A stretch of DNA of 62,277 nt, counting the filler, from Clostridia bacterium (lineage in GTDB: Bacteria; CBDUZB01; JAGLHV01), in NCBI GenBank assembly GCA_030637025.1. It is 4 parts of 4 records of this genome, joined end to end, with 100 filler letters (N's around TTAATTAATTAA, not from the genome) between each part and the next. Parts side by side here need not be neighbours in the genome. Positions count along the whole stretch, not along the records: positions 49,416 to 62,277 come from DAOVVV010000051.1; 3 more parts are not named here. The stretch is one strand, 5' to 3'. This document shows positions 59,122 through 62,277 of this stretch, piece by piece. The notes under the pieces are model-generated. The model saw nothing but the letters and a program-made list of their open reading frames with translations. It did not search any database and was not told where the DNA came from. Position 1 is the stretch's first letter. Every line of letters begins with the position of its first letter. A program made the translations under genes and the position numbers.

Positions 59122-60573
59122 TTAACTACTAATTTTATTGATTATTTTCCTGCCTTCATCAAGAAGTAAATCTACTTTTCTTTTTGATTCTGCCTCCGAA
59201 TACAAGCGCACTACCGGTTCTGTTCCTGAAGGACGAAGCAACAACCAGGCATCATTATCTAAAATAATTTTTACTCCATCAAAGGTCTTAACCTGTTTAA
59301 CCGGAATACCTATTAATTTATTAGGAATTTTTTGTGTTACTAAATCAGTAAAGAGTTTTTTACCCAACTCTGTTTTATTTTTTTTGGCACCCTGCTTACT
59401 TGAAAGCAGTTTTTTTATCTTTGTTATCTGTACATCCTTTCGTTCGAAAACCGACTTGCCAAATCTTTTTTGCATTTCCGAAAGAATCTGTGATAATTTC
59501 TTTTTTCTTTTTGCTAACATTTCTACTATCCATAATCCGGACAAAACCCCATCGCGTTCCGGAAGATATCCCTGATACCCATACCCTCCACTTTCTTCCC
59601 CACCCATAAGAATATTCTCTTTTAACATTAATTCGCAAACATTTTTAAATCCCACGTGAACTTCCTGAAAAGGCAAATGATAATGCCGGGCAATTCTTTC
59701 CCCTAAATATCCTAAAGAAATTGCCTGCACCACTTTTCCCGACCATTGTTTAGATTCAATTAAATATGAAAGAATTAAAGGAAAAACCTGATGCGGAGAC
59801 AAATATTTACCTTTATCATCCACTACACCTACACGGTCACCGTCTCCGTCTACAGCAATCCCAATGTCTGCTTTTTCTTCAATTACTTTCTTTTTTAATT
59901 CTTCCAGGTTTTTCTCGATCGGTTCGGGATTTAATCCGCCGAACATTGCCTTTCGCTGACTATGAATAGCAATTATTTTACAATTCGTTGATTTTAAAAC
60001 ATCCTCTAAATAAGAACATCCCGATCCATACATAGAATCAAAAACTATTTTTAACCTCGATTTTTTTATTAACTTCAAATCAATGTAACTCTGCAAATCT
60101 TTTATATAATCCGTATAAAAATTTGTTATTTTACTATTTCCTTCTTTAATACGGGGAGAATTCTTATACAAAAATTTCTCGATTTGTTTACCGGTACCGG
60201 ATGATATGGAACCTCCAAAGGATGCTTTAACTTTTATCCCGTTATAAAAAGGGGGATTATGACTGGCAGTAACCATTATTCCGGCATTAGCTTTATGCTT
60301 AACTACCGCATGAGAAACAGTAGGAGTAGTAACCGGCTGGCTGCTAAATAATACTGATATTCCATTCCCCTCCATTACCCGAGCTACAATTTCCGCATAT
60401 TTTTCCGAAAGGAATCTCATATCATAGCCAATAACCATATTAAAGGATTTACCTGATGAATTTTGCTTAATATAATCAGCAATAGCCTGAGAAATAATTC
60501 TTACATTATCAAAAGTAAAATCACGGGCAATCACTCCCCGCCATCCGTCAGTTCCAAATTTTATTTTATACAC
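59122..60573 (-). CDS. Phosphoglucomutase/phosphomannomutase
   Basis: FGTDGWRG, TASHNP, DGDGDR, GEESGG, RPSGTEP. Confidence 0.95.
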   Translation of the reverse strand: MYKIKFGTDGWRGVIARDFTFDNVRIISQAIADYIKQNSSGKSFNMVIGYDMRFLSEKYAEIVARVMEGNGISVLFSSQPVTTPTVSHAVVKHKANAGIMVTASHNPPFYNGIKVKASFGGSISSGTGKQIEKFLYKNSPRIKEGNSKITNFYTDYIKDLQSYIDLKLIKKSRLKIVFDSMYGSGCSYLEDVLKSTNCKIIAIHSQRKAMFGGLNPEPIEKNLEELKKKVIEEKADIGIAVDGDGDRVGVVDDKGKYLSPHQVFPLILSYLIESKQWSGKVVQAISLGYLGERIARHYHLPFQEVHVGFKNVCELMLKENILMGGEESGGYGYQGYLPERDGVLSGLWIVEMLAKRKKKLSQILSEMQKRFGKSVFERKDVQITKIKKLLSSKQGAKKNKTELGKKLFTDLVTQKIPNKLIGIPVKQVKTFDGVKIILDNDAWLLLRPSGTEPVVRLYSEAESKRKVDLLLDEGRKIINKISS

Positions 60574-60601
60574 TAAAGTCCCCTCTCTATATTTTCATAT
60601 A

Positions 60602-61657
60602 TTATAAACGGCTGTATTCTTTTATAATGCTCCCGTCACCAATAGCTATTCCCTCTCGTAAAAAACTATACGGCTCAATAACACAATTATTCCCCACTAT
60701 ACATTTTTCCAGCTTTACCCCTTCCCCAATTCTCGTATCATCTAAAACAACACAATCAGAAAGTAAAGCACCGGCAGCAATAGACACATTATTCCCTATA
60801 CTTACCCTGCCATTTATCCGAACATCTTTTCCAATCTTTACTTTATCCCCAATAAACACCTTCCCGACAACTTTTAACCCCGAAGAAATTTTACAACCCT
60901 TTCCCAATAACATTTTTCCTTTTATACTACGATAAGGAATCCGACAATTAACTTTTCCGGACAAAACATCCCTATTGGCTTGTAAATATTTTTCGTTAGT
61001 TCCAATATCCAGCCAATAATCAGAAGCAACATAACCATAAAACGGCTCTTTCTTATCCAACAATAAAGGAAATAATCCCCGTTCCAGAGAGTAATTAACC
61101 CCCCGGGGAATATAATCAAACACTTCCGGCTCAAAAACATAAATCCCGGCATTTATAGTATTACAGGTAACTTCCGCCCATGTGGGCTTTTCTAAAAACT
61201 GTTTAATTTTTCCCTTTTTGTCCGTCTTTATTAACCCGTATATTGTAGGGTCCTTTACCTTTACCAAAGAAATTGTCGCTTTCGCTTTTTTTTGGCGATG
61301 AAAAGCAATCAATTTTCCTAAATTTATATCAGTCAAAACATCGCCGTTAAAAATAATTACCGGTTCGTCAACAAATTTATGCGCATTTTTTACTCCTCCG
61401 CCAGTACCAAGGGGAACTTTTTCCACTACATAGCGAATTTTTACACCAAATTTTTCTCCGTTGCCAAAATATTTGCGAAAAGAAGAAGGTAAATAAGCCA
61501 GGCAAAAAATAATTTCTTTTATCCCGTACTTCTTTATTAGATCAATTTGATAAGTTAAAAAGGGACGATTTATAATAGGTAACATCGGCTTGGGCGTAGT
61601 ACAAGTCAAAGGACGTAATCGCGTCCCCAATCCCCCGATAAGAATTAAAGCTTTCAT
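60602..61657 (-). CDS. NDP-sugar pyrophosphorylase (mannose-1-P guanylyltransferase-like)
   Basis: GGLGTRLRPLT..PKP, FNGD, WLDIGT, hexapeptide tail. Confidence 0.92.
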   Translation of the reverse strand: MKALILIGGLGTRLRPLTCTTPKPMLPIINRPFLTYQIDLIKKYGIKEIIFCLAYLPSSFRKYFGNGEKFGVKIRYVVEKVPLGTGGGVKNAHKFVDEPVIIFNGDVLTDINLGKLIAFHRQKKAKATISLVKVKDPTIYGLIKTDKKGKIKQFLEKPTWAEVTCNTINAGIYVFEPEVFDYIPRGVNYSLERGLFPLLLDKKEPFYGYVASDYWLDIGTNEKYLQANRDVLSGKVNCRIPYRSIKGKMLLGKGCKISSGLKVVGKVFIGDKVKIGKDVRINGRVSIGNNVSIAAGALLSDCVVLDDTRIGEGVKLEKCIVGNNCVIEPYSFLREGIAIGDGSIIKEYSRL

Positions 61658-61713
61658 CGACTATCCTCTATTTGTTCCAAGATTTTTTAACTAAAAAAAT
61701 AAATTGTTTGTTA

Positions 61714-62277
61714 TTAAGTTTTCCTAAACCAGGCAGTAGTTTTTTTAAGTCCATCCGAAAAATTTACTTGCGGTTTCCAATGTAACAAGTTTTCTGCTTT
61801 GGTAATATTCAGAAAACTTTTAAATAATTCACCCGTTCTCGCCGGTTTATACACTGCATCTTTTTCATAGTTAAGAATTTCTTTCATTTCTTTAAATAAA
61901 TAGTTAACCGAAATAGCCTGCCCGGTACCAATATTAAATATTTCATTATTCCCCTTCTCCATGCAAGCCATATTAGCTTTTACTATATCTCCCACATATA
62001 CATAATCCCTCATTTGTTTTCCATCTCCGAAAATATTTAGTTCTTCATTCTCCAGCATTTTTTCAGAAAATATTGCTACCACTCCTGCTTCCCCATAAGG
62101 ATCCTGCCGAGGACCATAAACATTTCCGTAACGAAGAACAGTATAGTTAAGAGCAAAAGTCTTTCCATAATAATATAAATAGTACTCGCTGGCAAGTTTA
62201 CTCACCCCATAGGGAGAAAGAGGACCTGCAGGAAAACTTTCACCGGCTGACTCATTCTCACACTCTCCGTAAATTAC
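61714..62277 (-). CDS. NAD-dependent epimerase/dehydratase (GalE-like), 5' part outside window
   Basis: SPYGVSK, LRYGNVYGPRQ, GEAGVV, RDYVYV. Confidence 0.9.
   Translation of the reverse strand, partial: VIYGECENESAGESFPAGPLSPYGVSKLASEYYLYYYGKTFALNYTVLRYGNVYGPRQDPYGEAGVVAIFSEKMLENEELNIFGDGKQMRDYVYVGDIVKANMACMEKGNNEIFNIGTGQAISVNYLFKEMKEILNYEKDAVYKPARTGELFKSFLNITKAENLLHWKPQVNFSDGLKKTTAWFRKT

Overview
This window joins four assembly contigs of an AT-rich, apparently anaerobic diderm bacterium with 100-bp N/TTAATTAATTAA spacers (16577-16676, 35239-35338, 49316-49415); adjacency across spacers is meaningless. Contig 1 (1-16576) is accessory-rich. It holds a decaying integron-like attC cassette array with no integrase in view and an HTH-Fic gene with a palindromic operator. 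A Fur-box-controlled cluster follows (Fur, two Gly/Arg-rich DUF5320-like proteins, two NifB/NifX-like proteins, two ferredoxin-inserted MinD ATPases) in which three proteins share an MPGx[DN]xxGP N-terminus. It also carries a bacterial-ceramide-synthase-like GNAT next to a eukaryote-type KDSR-like reductase, and nested REP/MITE elements. Contig 2 has a GMPP-PMM fusion, truA, asd, a 2.8-kb segment bounded by 69-bp direct repeats (YidD-like/TPR genes, pseudogenes), M23-bactofilin, pmbA, a transglutaminase-like protein, argA and a 2-oxoacid:ferredoxin oxidoreductase operon. Contig 3 has batABCDE, a truncated ECF sigma, GH57/DUF4912, queF and a thermonuclease. Contig 4 has dapA-dapF-lysA, patatin, an in-frame argH-TolC fusion, argG and nucleotide-sugar genes. 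No rRNA, tRNA or CRISPR array was recognised. Family calls are from motif recognition by eye, not database searches.
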